From positions 1 through 32,000 of the forward strand of contig JAQBPN010000060.1 of NCBI GenBank assembly GCA_028287505.1: a stretch of 32,000 nucleotides of DNA, in the 5' to 3' direction. The notes beneath the pieces were generated by a model that worked only from the letters and a program-made list of their open reading frames with translations, did not search any database and was not told the DNA's origin. Both the position numbers and the translations under genes were made by a program. The DNA is from Fibrobacterota bacterium (lineage in GTDB: Bacteria > Fibrobacterota > Fibrobacteria > UBA11236). The first letter of the stretch is position 1; the number at the start of each line of letters is the position of its first letter. This document shows positions 1-8,800 of the stretch, in pieces.

Positions 1-2
1 CC

Positions 3-245
3 TCGATCAAACCCAAGGAAGGCGGCGCGAATTTCAACGATATGTTCACCGGCTTCCTCAAGGACGTCAACGAGATGCAGTTGAAGGCGGATCAATCCAT
101 CCAGAAGATGGTATCCGGCGAAGTCAAAGACGTGCACCAGGTGATGCTGGCCGTCGGCGAAGCCAAGGTGGCCTTCAACCTGCTCCTGGAAATACGCAAC
201 AAGACGATGGAAGCGTACCAGGAAGTGATGAGGATGAGAGGGTGA
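3..245 (+). CDS. fliE: Flagellar hook-basal body complex protein FliE (3' part, truncated by window start)
   Basis: Frame open from nt 3 (SIKPKEGGANFNDMFTGFLKDVNEMQLKADQSIQKMVSGEVKDVHQVMLAVGEAKVAFNLLLEIRNKTMEAYQEVMRMRG); typical FliE C-terminus, located directly before fliF. Confidence 0.93.
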   Translation, partial: SIKPKEGGANFNDMFTGFLKDVNEMQLKADQSIQKMVSGEVKDVHQVMLAVGEAKVAFNLLLEIRNKTMEAYQEVMRMRG

Positions 246-426
246 AAACGAACGAAGAAAAAAACAAAGAAATCGCGGCGCTCTTTCCCGCAATTTTCGA
301 TTTGCGATTTTCAATTTTCTGTTTGCAAAATTCCTTGTACTCCCTCCTATATCGTTCATCGTCACCATCCCTGAAGTCCTTTAATTCTTTTTCATAGCAT
401 CGCTCTTTCTACGCATGAGGTCCTGA

Positions 427-2013
427 ATGTCCGAATATCTGAAGCAACTCATCATCCAGCTCCGCACCATCTGGGACAAGCTGAACGCCACCCAGAAGGC
501 CATCATGATCGCCACTTCGGCGGTGGTGCTGGCCGGCATGATCACCATCATCGCCTGGTCCGCCACGGGTGGGAGCGGCGGCGGAAGCGATTCGGGATAT
601 TCCACCCTGTTCGTGAACGTGGAACCGGAGGATGCCGCCAAGGTGACGGACGCCTTGAAGGAAATGAAGGTACCTTACAAACTGGAGAATAACGGCCATC
701 AGGTGACGGTTCCCAAGGAGCAGTTGTACGAGGCTCGCATGCAGATGGCGCGCCTGGGGCTGCCGCAGACGGGCGGGCAGGGCTATGAGATCTTCGACAA
801 GCTGCATCTGGGCATGACCGATTTCGTGCAGAACCTGAATTACCGCCGGGCCCTGGAAGGGGAGCTTTCCCGCACCATCGAGAGCCTGCACGAGGTGGAC
901 AAGGCCCGCGTGCACGTGACCATTCCCAAGCCCTCCCTGTTCACCGAAAAGAAGGAAGAGGCCACCGCCTCCGTCATCCTCAAGTTGCGGGCCGGCGAAG
1001 AAATCGATGATCGCCAGGTGCGCGGCATCGCCCATCTGGTGGCCAGCTCCGTGGAAGGCCTGAAGGCCCGCCAGGTCACCGTCCTGGACATCCATGGAAA
1101 CATGCTCACCAAGGGATTCGCCGACAACCAGCTGGCCGAACAGACCGATCACAACCAGTCCCTGCAGAACAGCGTGGAACATGAGCTGGAAAGGAAGCTG
1201 GACGATATCTTCCAGGGCCTGCTGGGTCCGAACAAGACCCGCGTCAAGGTTTCCGCCGAGCTCGATTTCGACCAGGTGCAGAAGACGGTGGAATCCTACG
1301 ATCCCAATACCAAGGTGATCCGCTCGCAACAGCGGGACGAGAACTCCCTCAAGGGCACGCCGCAGGCGGGCTCCACGGAACAAAAGGAAGGTTCCATCAC
1401 CAACTACGAGTTCGACAAGACCATGGCTTCCATCGTGAGCACGCCCGGGGCCCGCAAGCGCATCACCGTTTCCGTGGCCGTGGACGGGACCTACAAGATC
1501 GGGACCGACGGATCGCGCACCTACGTGCCGCGGACCCAGGAGGATTTGGACAAGTTCACCGCTCTGGTCAAGAACGCGGTGGGTTTCAAACCCGGAAGCA
1601 AGGACGAGGTCTTCGTCACCAACGTGCAGTTCGACAACCAGTTCCTGGTGGAAGAACAGGAAGAGATGAAGAAGCTCGAGAAGAAGGAATGGATGGAAGT
1701 GGGCAAGAAATACGGCATCCTGGTGCTCATCCTCCTCTTCGGCCTGTGGTTCTTCCGGGGCCTGGTGAAGAACCTGGCTTCGGCCATGAACCCGCCCATG
1801 CCCAAGTACGCAGGCCTGAACCTGGAACCTGAGGACGAAAAGGTCCCTCAAAATGTCCAAAAACAGAGGGATATTCTGGAGAGAGTTGAGTTCATGACCC
1901 GCACGGAGCCCATCAATATCGCCAACCTGATCAAAACGTGGCTCCACGAGGAGAAAATACGGGACAATAGCAGTGGCGGCGGCAAGAAGAAACAGCCCGC
2001 GGGCAAGGATTAA
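427..2013 (+). CDS. fliF: Flagellar M-ring protein FliF
   Basis: 528 aa; N-terminal TM, YscJ/FliF-like core (YSTLFVNVEPEDAAKVTDALKEMKVPYKLENNG...), second TM near the C-terminus, synteny with fliE/fliG. Confidence 0.96.
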   Translation: MSEYLKQLIIQLRTIWDKLNATQKAIMIATSAVVLAGMITIIAWSATGGSGGGSDSGYSTLFVNVEPEDAAKVTDALKEMKVPYKLENNGHQVTVPKEQLYEARMQMARLGLPQTGGQGYEIFDKLHLGMTDFVQNLNYRRALEGELSRTIESLHEVDKARVHVTIPKPSLFTEKKEEATASVILKLRAGEEIDDRQVRGIAHLVASSVEGLKARQVTVLDIHGNMLTKGFADNQLAEQTDHNQSLQNSVEHELERKLDDIFQGLLGPNKTRVKVSAELDFDQVQKTVESYDPNTKVIRSQQRDENSLKGTPQAGSTEQKEGSITNYEFDKTMASIVSTPGARKRITVSVAVDGTYKIGTDGSRTYVPRTQEDLDKFTALVKNAVGFKPGSKDEVFVTNVQFDNQFLVEEQEEMKKLEKKEWMEVGKKYGILVLILLFGLWFFRGLVKNLASAMNPPMPKYAGLNLEPEDEKVPQNVQKQRDILERVEFMTRTEPINIANLIKTWLHEEKIRDNSSGGGKKKQPAGKD

Positions 2014-2018
2014 CGGAC

Positions 2019-3077
2019 ATGGCGGACGCGAAGACGGAAACCGGCGGCAAGAACGAATCGCTCCCCGTATCCACGCTCACCATCGGAGGGCCGACCAAGG
2101 CCGCGGTGATGATGGTGACCTTGGGAGCGGAGGCGTGCGCCCAGATTTTCAAGAGCCTGGACGAGGAAGACGTGGAAATCCTCACCGCGGAAATCGCGCG
2201 TCTGGAAGGCATCACGCCGGAAACGCGGGAACGCGTGCTGGAAGAGTTCCACCAGATGGCGGTGGCCCAGAAATACATCCTCCAGGGCGGCGTGGACTAC
2301 GCGCGGCAGGCGCTGGAAGCGGCCATGGGACCGCGGCGCGCCAAGGAAATCCTGGAAAAGGTCCAAAGCACCATCCGCACCACGGGCTTCAGCCTGTTGC
2401 AGGACGTGGATCCCTCCCAGCTCGTGAACTTCATCCAGAAAGAACATCCCCAGACCATCGCGCTGTTGCTCGCCCATATGGACGCTTCCATGTCGGCTCC
2501 CATCCTGTCGGCGCTGCCGCAGGAATTGCAGGTGGACGTCACCACGCGGCTCGCCACCATGCAGAGCGTTTCGCCCGACGTGCTGGAGCAGGTCGAGGAA
2601 GTGCTGGCCCTGCAGATGAAGAGCCTGTTCGGCGGCAACGTCTCGGAAGTGGGCGGCGTCAAGTTCGTGGCGGAAATGCTCAACCAGGTCGATCGCGGCG
2701 CGGAAAAGAACATCCTGGGCAATCTGGAACGGGAAAACCCGGAACTGGCCACGGAGATCAAGAACCTCATGTTCGTCTTCGAGGACATCATGCTGCTGGA
2801 CGACAAGGGCATCCAACGCATGCTCAAGGAAGTGGATACCAAGGAACTGGCCCTGGCCCTGAAGGGCGCCAGCGATACCGTGGGGGACAAGTTCTTCAAG
2901 AACATGTCCAGCCGCGCCTCCGAGATGATGAAGGAAGACATGTCCTTCATGGGCCCGGTGCGCGTCAAGGACGTGGAAGGCGCCCAGCAGCGCATCGTGG
3001 ATATCGTGCGCCGCCTGGAAGACGACGGGGAGATCATCATCTCCGGCCGCGGCGGCGACGACGAAATAGTGGTTTAG
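2019..3077 (+). CDS. fliG: Flagellar motor switch protein FliG
   Basis: 352 aa; typical FliG sequence (TKAAVMMVTLGAEACAQIFKSLDEEDVE..., HPQTIALLLAHMD, FVFEDIMLLDDKGIQRMLKEVDTKELALALKGA). Confidence 0.97.
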   Translation: MADAKTETGGKNESLPVSTLTIGGPTKAAVMMVTLGAEACAQIFKSLDEEDVEILTAEIARLEGITPETRERVLEEFHQMAVAQKYILQGGVDYARQALEAAMGPRRAKEILEKVQSTIRTTGFSLLQDVDPSQLVNFIQKEHPQTIALLLAHMDASMSAPILSALPQELQVDVTTRLATMQSVSPDVLEQVEEVLALQMKSLFGGNVSEVGGVKFVAEMLNQVDRGAEKNILGNLERENPELATEIKNLMFVFEDIMLLDDKGIQRMLKEVDTKELALALKGASDTVGDKFFKNMSSRASEMMKEDMSFMGPVRVKDVEGAQQRIVDIVRRLEDDGEIIISGRGGDDEIVV

Positions 3078-3098
3078 CACAGTTAAGGAACGGTCCCG

Positions 3099-3998
3099 AT
3101 GGAAGCCAGATTCGGAATGAAGGCCGGCGGATTGCTCGGCAGGGACAAGAAGGATATTCCTCCCGACGGTCCCGCGCGTGTCGTGAAGCCAGGCGATTGG
3201 GGCGCAGTCCCGGACTCCGGCATGAAGGGCTTTCCCATGACGGCCTTCAACATGCCGGGCCGCGCGCAGCCAAAGCCCACCGAATCGGAAATGGTGATCA
3301 CGGAACTCACCCGGGTCGCCCGCAAGGCCGAAGAGGCAGGCAAGAACTCCGTGCAGAAGGCGGTGCGCGACGGCGAAGCGGCCGCGCAGGCGGCTTTGGC
3401 GCGGGGCAGGGAAGAAGGCATCCGGGAAGGTGAAAGCCGCGCCTGGGAAAAATATCTCAAGGCCCTGGAGGAAATGCGGGCCAACGCCGCCATGGCGCTC
3501 AACGCGCTTTCCGAGGAAAAAGCCTCCCTTTTCCTGGAGTTCGAAGGCCAGGTCCTGGAACTGTTTTCCGCCACCGTCCACAGAGTGTTCGACGGAGTGG
3601 CCAAGGAACATGCCGAGGCCGTGCTGCCCCTGCTCAAGAAGGCCGTGAACGCCTTGGGCCAGGTCACCACCGTGACCCTGAAAGTGAATCCCGCCGACTT
3701 CCGCACCGTGCAGGACAACCAGGATTTCTGGTTGCCCGTGGACGCGGGCATGAAGGACATCCGCGTGGTATCCGACGAGCGCATCGTCAAGGGCGGTTGT
3801 TTCGTGGAATCGGATTCCACCTCCGTGGGAATGCAGGCCGACGAATTGGCCGACCGCATCGACGACGAATTGAAACGGATTTTCGCCGCCAAGGCGCAAG
3901 CCATCAAAGGCCCCGAATCCTCCCCTTCCGCCGAAAACGGCCCGGCGGCCGGGAGCGATCCCGCCTCCGGGACGGATGACGGAGACGCCGCTCCTTGA
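3099..3998 (+). CDS. fliH: Flagellar assembly protein FliH (export ATPase regulator)
   Basis: 299 aa; charged/coiled middle and FliH-like C-terminal region; position between fliG and fliI; overlaps the fliI start by 4 nt. Confidence 0.85.
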   Translation: MEARFGMKAGGLLGRDKKDIPPDGPARVVKPGDWGAVPDSGMKGFPMTAFNMPGRAQPKPTESEMVITELTRVARKAEEAGKNSVQKAVRDGEAAAQAALARGREEGIREGESRAWEKYLKALEEMRANAAMALNALSEEKASLFLEFEGQVLELFSATVHRVFDGVAKEHAEAVLPLLKKAVNALGQVTTVTLKVNPADFRTVQDNQDFWLPVDAGMKDIRVVSDERIVKGGCFVESDSTSVGMQADELADRIDDELKRIFAAKAQAIKGPESSPSAENGPAAGSDPASGTDDGDAAP

Positions 3999-5317
3999 TC
4001 GAAGATTCCGCGTTCGCTCCCTACGGACAGGCCCTGGACGCGATGTGCCTGGCGCCCATCCGCGCCAAGATCGTCCAGGTGATAGGCCTGGTCCTGGAAA
4101 GCACCGGTCTCTCCGCCAGTCTGGGGGAGATATGCGCCGTATACGACGGTTTGAAGCAGGTGGGCCAGGCCGAAGTGGTGGGCTTCCGCCGCAAGACCAC
4201 CCTCCTGATGGCGCTGGGACAATTGCACGGCCTGAAGCCCGGCATGGAAGTGATGGCCACCGGCCAGGTTTTCTCCGTGCGCGTGGGACCGCAATTGCTC
4301 GGCCGCGTTCTGAACGGGCTGGGCGAGCCCATCGACGGCAAAGGACCCATGCTCCTGCCCTTGCAGGGACGCGTCAACAACGACCCTCCCAATCCCCTGG
4401 ATCGCCGGCGCATTTCGGAACCGATGATTACCGGCATCCGCGCCATCGACGGTTTCCGCACCGTAGGCAAAGGCCAGCGGGTGGGATTGTTCGCGGGATC
4501 CGGGGTGGGGAAGTCCGTGCTGCTGGGCATGATCGCCCGCAATTGCAAGGCCCAGGTGAACGTGATCGCCTTGATCGGCGAACGCGGCCGCGAGGTGAAA
4601 GAGTTCCTGGAAAAGGATTTGGGCGCGGAGGGCCTGTCCCGCTCCGTGGTGGTGGTGGCCACTTCCGATCAACCCGCTTTGATCCGCCTGAAAGCGGCCA
4701 TGGTGGCCACCGCCATCGCCGAGTATTTCCGCGATCTGGGCAGCGACGTGATGCTGATGATGGATTCCTCCACGCGCCTGGCCATGGCCCAGCGTGAAAT
4801 AGGCCTGGCCATCGGAGAACCTCCCTCCACGCGAGGCTATACGCCCTCCGTGTTCGCGATGCTGCCGCGCCTGATGGAACGGGCGGGCATGGGCAAGACC
4901 GGCTCCATCACCGCCCTGTACACCGTGCTGGTGGAAGGCGACGACATGGACGAACCCGTGGCGGACGCGGTCCGATCCGTGCTCGACGGCCACATCGTCC
5001 TTTCGCGCTCCCTGGCGCACCGCAACCACTATCCCGCCATCGACGTGCTCAGGAGCGTCAGCCGTTGCATGTCGGACGTGACTTCCAAGGAACACCGCGC
5101 GGCCACGGGCAAGCTCCTCAACGCCATGGCGGTCTACGCCGACGCCGAAGACATGGTGAACCTGGGGGCCTATGTGCGCGGATCCAATCCGCAATTGGAC
5201 ATGGCCATCGCCATCCATGCGGAGGTGGACAGGTTCCTCATCCAAGGAGTAGAGGACAAGAGCGAACTCAAGACCACCCTCGATAAGGTGGCGGCCATGG
5301 CCGGAGCCATCAAGTGA
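3995..5317 (+). CDS. fliI: Flagellum-specific ATP synthase FliI
   Basis: 440 aa; Walker A GLFAGSGVGKS, VIALIGERGREVKEF, DSSTRLAMAQREIGLAIGEPPSTRGYTPSVFA. Confidence 0.97.
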   Translation: MIEDSAFAPYGQALDAMCLAPIRAKIVQVIGLVLESTGLSASLGEICAVYDGLKQVGQAEVVGFRRKTTLLMALGQLHGLKPGMEVMATGQVFSVRVGPQLLGRVLNGLGEPIDGKGPMLLPLQGRVNNDPPNPLDRRRISEPMITGIRAIDGFRTVGKGQRVGLFAGSGVGKSVLLGMIARNCKAQVNVIALIGERGREVKEFLEKDLGAEGLSRSVVVVATSDQPALIRLKAAMVATAIAEYFRDLGSDVMLMMDSSTRLAMAQREIGLAIGEPPSTRGYTPSVFAMLPRLMERAGMGKTGSITALYTVLVEGDDMDEPVADAVRSVLDGHIVLSRSLAHRNHYPAIDVLRSVSRCMSDVTSKEHRAATGKLLNAMAVYADAEDMVNLGAYVRGSNPQLDMAIAIHAEVDRFLIQGVEDKSELKTTLDKVAAMAGAIK

Positions 5318-5793
5318 GAAAGTTCACATTCGATCTGGAGCAGGTGCTGCGCATGAAGCGTTGGCGCGAAGAAGACGCCAAGAAAGCCCTGGCCGTGGAA
5401 GTCGCGGCCCTGGAACAGCTCAAGTCGCGCTTGCTGGAATTGCAGGGCGATCTGAAGGAGCTCTGGGATGGGGATGCGCAGGGCGACGGTCCGGTCATCG
5501 ATCATCGCGGCCGCCTGGGCATCCTGCAATACGCCCGGCACGTGGGCACCCTGATATCCGGCCAGGAAGGCGACATCTCCGAACAGGGGAAACGCCTCAA
5601 GGAGAAATCCGACCTGCTGCTCAAGGCCATGCAGGAGCGGAAGGTGCTGGAGAAGCTCAAGGAGAGGCGCAAGACCGAGTACCGGGTGGAGCGCAACCGC
5701 TTCGAATACGCGAACCTGGACGAGTCGTCCGCGCGCTATCTGCGCCGGCTGGCGGACCAGGAAAACAGTCTCAAGGAAGAGATTGGACAATGA
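5314..5793 (+). CDS. fliJ: Flagellar export protein FliJ-like
   Basis: 159 aa, highly charged coiled coil, overlaps the fliI stop by 4 nt, directly downstream of fliI. Confidence 0.82.
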   Translation: MRKFTFDLEQVLRMKRWREEDAKKALAVEVAALEQLKSRLLELQGDLKELWDGDAQGDGPVIDHRGRLGILQYARHVGTLISGQEGDISEQGKRLKEKSDLLLKAMQERKVLEKLKERRKTEYRVERNRFEYANLDESSARYLRRLADQENSLKEEIGQ

Positions 5794-5831
5794 GAACCCG
5801 ATTTTCATTTCCGATCCGCCGCGACCGGTGA
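5790..5831 (+). other. Possible 13-codon mini-ORF (MRTRFSFPIRRDR) bridging fliJ and the giant secreted gene
   Basis: ATG 5790-5792 overlaps the fliJ stop TGA 5791-5793; its own TGA 5829-5831 overlaps ATG 5831-5833. AAGGAAGA lies upstream at about 5773-5780. Confidence 0.35.
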
Positions 5832-8800
5832 TGCGCTACGGAAAGCTGGCCGCGGTATTGCTCGTCGCGGGCGCCTGGCTCCCCGTGCGCGCCCTGGTCC
5901 ACAGCGTCAGCGATTTCCGGCAGGACAGTTCCGCCGCCGCCGGGGACAAGTTCCGCCTGGACGGGGGATGGGGCGATTCCCTCATGCTCGATGCCCAGTT
6001 CTTCCGCTACACCACGGCCAAAACCGTCCGCCTGAGCGACGGGCATTTCAACAATGGCGGTTCAGGCGCGGGCCCGATCGTTTCCAACATCGGCCTGTTC
6101 CGGTTCAAGGTGGCCTATGTCGCCTGGAACGGCACCACCCATGACGCCACCAATGGCCCCAACAACCTGGAAGCCCCCAGGGCCAACATCGTCACGCGCA
6201 CGATCGATCTCAGTCCGGATACCGCGGCTACGGACGATGCCGCCGTCATCATCGCCTCCCAGGAAAACGTCACGGAAATCCCTCCGAAAATCTTCTACCT
6301 GAGCGGTCCGCCGGCCCCCACTTATATGAATTTCGCCACCGACGGAAATCAGTTCGCGGCTTACTGGGGATCGGCGACCCCCAGCGGTCCCATCCGGCGG
6401 ACCACGAGCCGGGATCCGCAGATCGGCACCTATGTCATTCCGGCCTCCCCCGTGATCATGGGCGAGCTGGGAAGGATGTCTTCCTGCCTCATTCCCGGGT
6501 CCGGCGGGACCAAGACCATGGTCGCGTACGAAACCAATTTTTCTCCCGGGAAGTTCGAGGTGCGCTGGGAGGACATCACCGCGGGAACCTCCGTCGTTTC
6601 CGTGACATACGTCAGGCCGGTATTGCCGGCGGACTTCGCCGTGGCCGCGGATTCCTCCGGCAACTCGGTGGTGCTGTGGCGGGAGGATGCGGATCTTTAC
6701 GGCGTGGCCTTCAATGCGGCCCACGTGGAAATCATGGCGCCCATCCTCCTCCAGTCCAACGTGGTATTCCAGGAGGATTCCGTTCCTACCATCCAGCATT
6801 TTTACCGGCCTTATTCGGTGGCGGGAATGACGCGGGGAAATTTCCTGATAGCCTATTCAGCCGCGACCGGTGCGACCAGCGACATCTACTCCCGGACCCT
6901 GGCCCTGCCGATTGGGCCGCAGGCATATGCGCTCGGCGGCCAGGTGGCTTTGAGCCCCCCGGGCCCGTTTTTCTGCCTGTTCCCCGATCTGGCGGTCACG
7001 GCGGACCGCGTGACGGCGGCCTGGTACCAGCGTCCGAACGTGGGCGGCCTGCGCAAGATGATGGGAAGCATCTTCCAGAAGGTAGGGACCGGCCTCACCC
7101 TTGCGGGACGCACGGACATCGATATGGCCGGTGAAAACCTCGGCTTCTCGAGTACGGGCCCGAAATGGAACCGCTACCATTGGTTCCACGCCGCCAACGT
7201 GGCGATGGATGCCAAAGGAAACGTGGTGGCGGCCTACGACAGCGGAGCCCATGCCAAGGTGGCGCTGGTCCGCAACACTCCCATCTACTACGATTCGGCC
7301 TCTTTCCTGAGCAAGAGCCTGAAGGTGGAGAATCCGGCCATCCCGGCCTTCGTGTTCAATCCCGCGTCGGACTCGGTCACCTTCCTGCCGTTCCGCCCCA
7401 CCACCACCGACTCCCTGAATACCCACATCCGGATTGCCTTGTCGCCCGACAATACGTTCAGCGGCGCCGGTTCCGCGTACCATCCGCTTCCCGCGGCGCA
7501 GAAGGCCGCAAGCGGTTTCTACCGCTACGGCGTGGATCTGCTCACGGTCAAGACCGGCAATCCCTCCAATACCAACCTCACCACGCCCAAGCTCAAGGCC
7601 CTGGACATAGAGTACAACGTCAAGCCCTTCACTCCCGGAGTCGACTCCATCAAACCGGGCAGCCGGCCCCAATCCGCCTACAATCCCGCCGGTCCCTATC
7701 CTTTGTTGACACGTAAGGACTCCCTCAAACTGGTCTGTTCCGGATTCGACGCCGATGACGCCGGACTGGAGTTCCGGATCTCCCTGGGCGGCACCCTTCT
7801 CAAAGCCGTCGTGGGCACGCGGGTCTCTCCCGGCAACTACACGGCCACCCTCGATTTCCTCCCCCCCGACACCCTGATGAATCCTCTCATCCTGGCGTTG
7901 ACGACCGTCGATCAGGGAGCATGGAGCAGCCGGCCCTTGATCCTGTCCTTCGGATTCCGGAACAGCCCTCCCGCGCAAACCCTGACGGTGTACCGCAACC
8001 GGGGCTGGGATTCCGCATCGGTGTTCCGGCCCTTTGGAGGGGGCGTGGACACCATCTCGCCCGTGAACGGGGGATTGCTGGTGATCCAGGATGGGGACTC
8101 CCTGACCCTCAAGGCCCGGTATGCGGACAGCAACGACAACAGCGTGACCGCCACCTGGCTTCGCAACTCCGTTATCCTGGGAAGCCGTACCCTGCCCGTC
8201 ACGGATTCGGTGGCCTTCCGCTTTTCGCCGGACACCCTGGCGCCGGCCATCGATACCGCCGTGGCCAAGGTGGGGGACAAGGACACCACCGTAACATTCA
8301 GGATACCTGTGCGCCTGAACCATGTGCCCTCGGTCGACTCCGTCTACCATGCGGACTACAAGGGAAAGGATTCCATCCTGAAGGTGGGGCCGTTCGACAA
8401 GGTGAGGAATTTCGCCACGGATACCGGCCTGACCATCCCTCCCGGGCTGTTGACGACTATCGGGGGCGGGTTTTCCGACGTCGATCTGACCGCCGGGGAT
8501 TCCCTTTCCGTCATCTGGCGGGTCTGGAAGCAGCCGCCGCTCTGCGCCAAGGGGAACCTTTCCTGCTACATCAAAACGGATTCGGGGACGGGCCTCACAT
8601 TGTCCCGGGTATTCAGCATCCAGGAGCAATATCTGACCGTGCGGGTCACGGATGCCTTCGGCGCGTTCCGGGAGCGCGGACTTTTCCTGGAATACCCCGT
8701 CTTGGACACTTCGGGCACGGCCGTGGCCGTCAATTCGCTCAAGCGGGATATCGATTTCGTCATCGGCGCGGAAAAGCACGATACGGCGGTCAAGGCGGAG

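Noticed and set aside
1973-3433. 486-aa plus-strand ORF overlapping fliG in another frame
   Set aside because: Arg/Gly/His-rich frame-shifted translation of fliG/fliH; no homology pattern.
409-5245. Long minus-strand ORFs (409..1947, 2010..3899, 3083..5245) across the flagellar operon
   Set aside because: Shadow frames of fliF, fliG/fliH and fliI; low-complexity compositions and no plausible domains.
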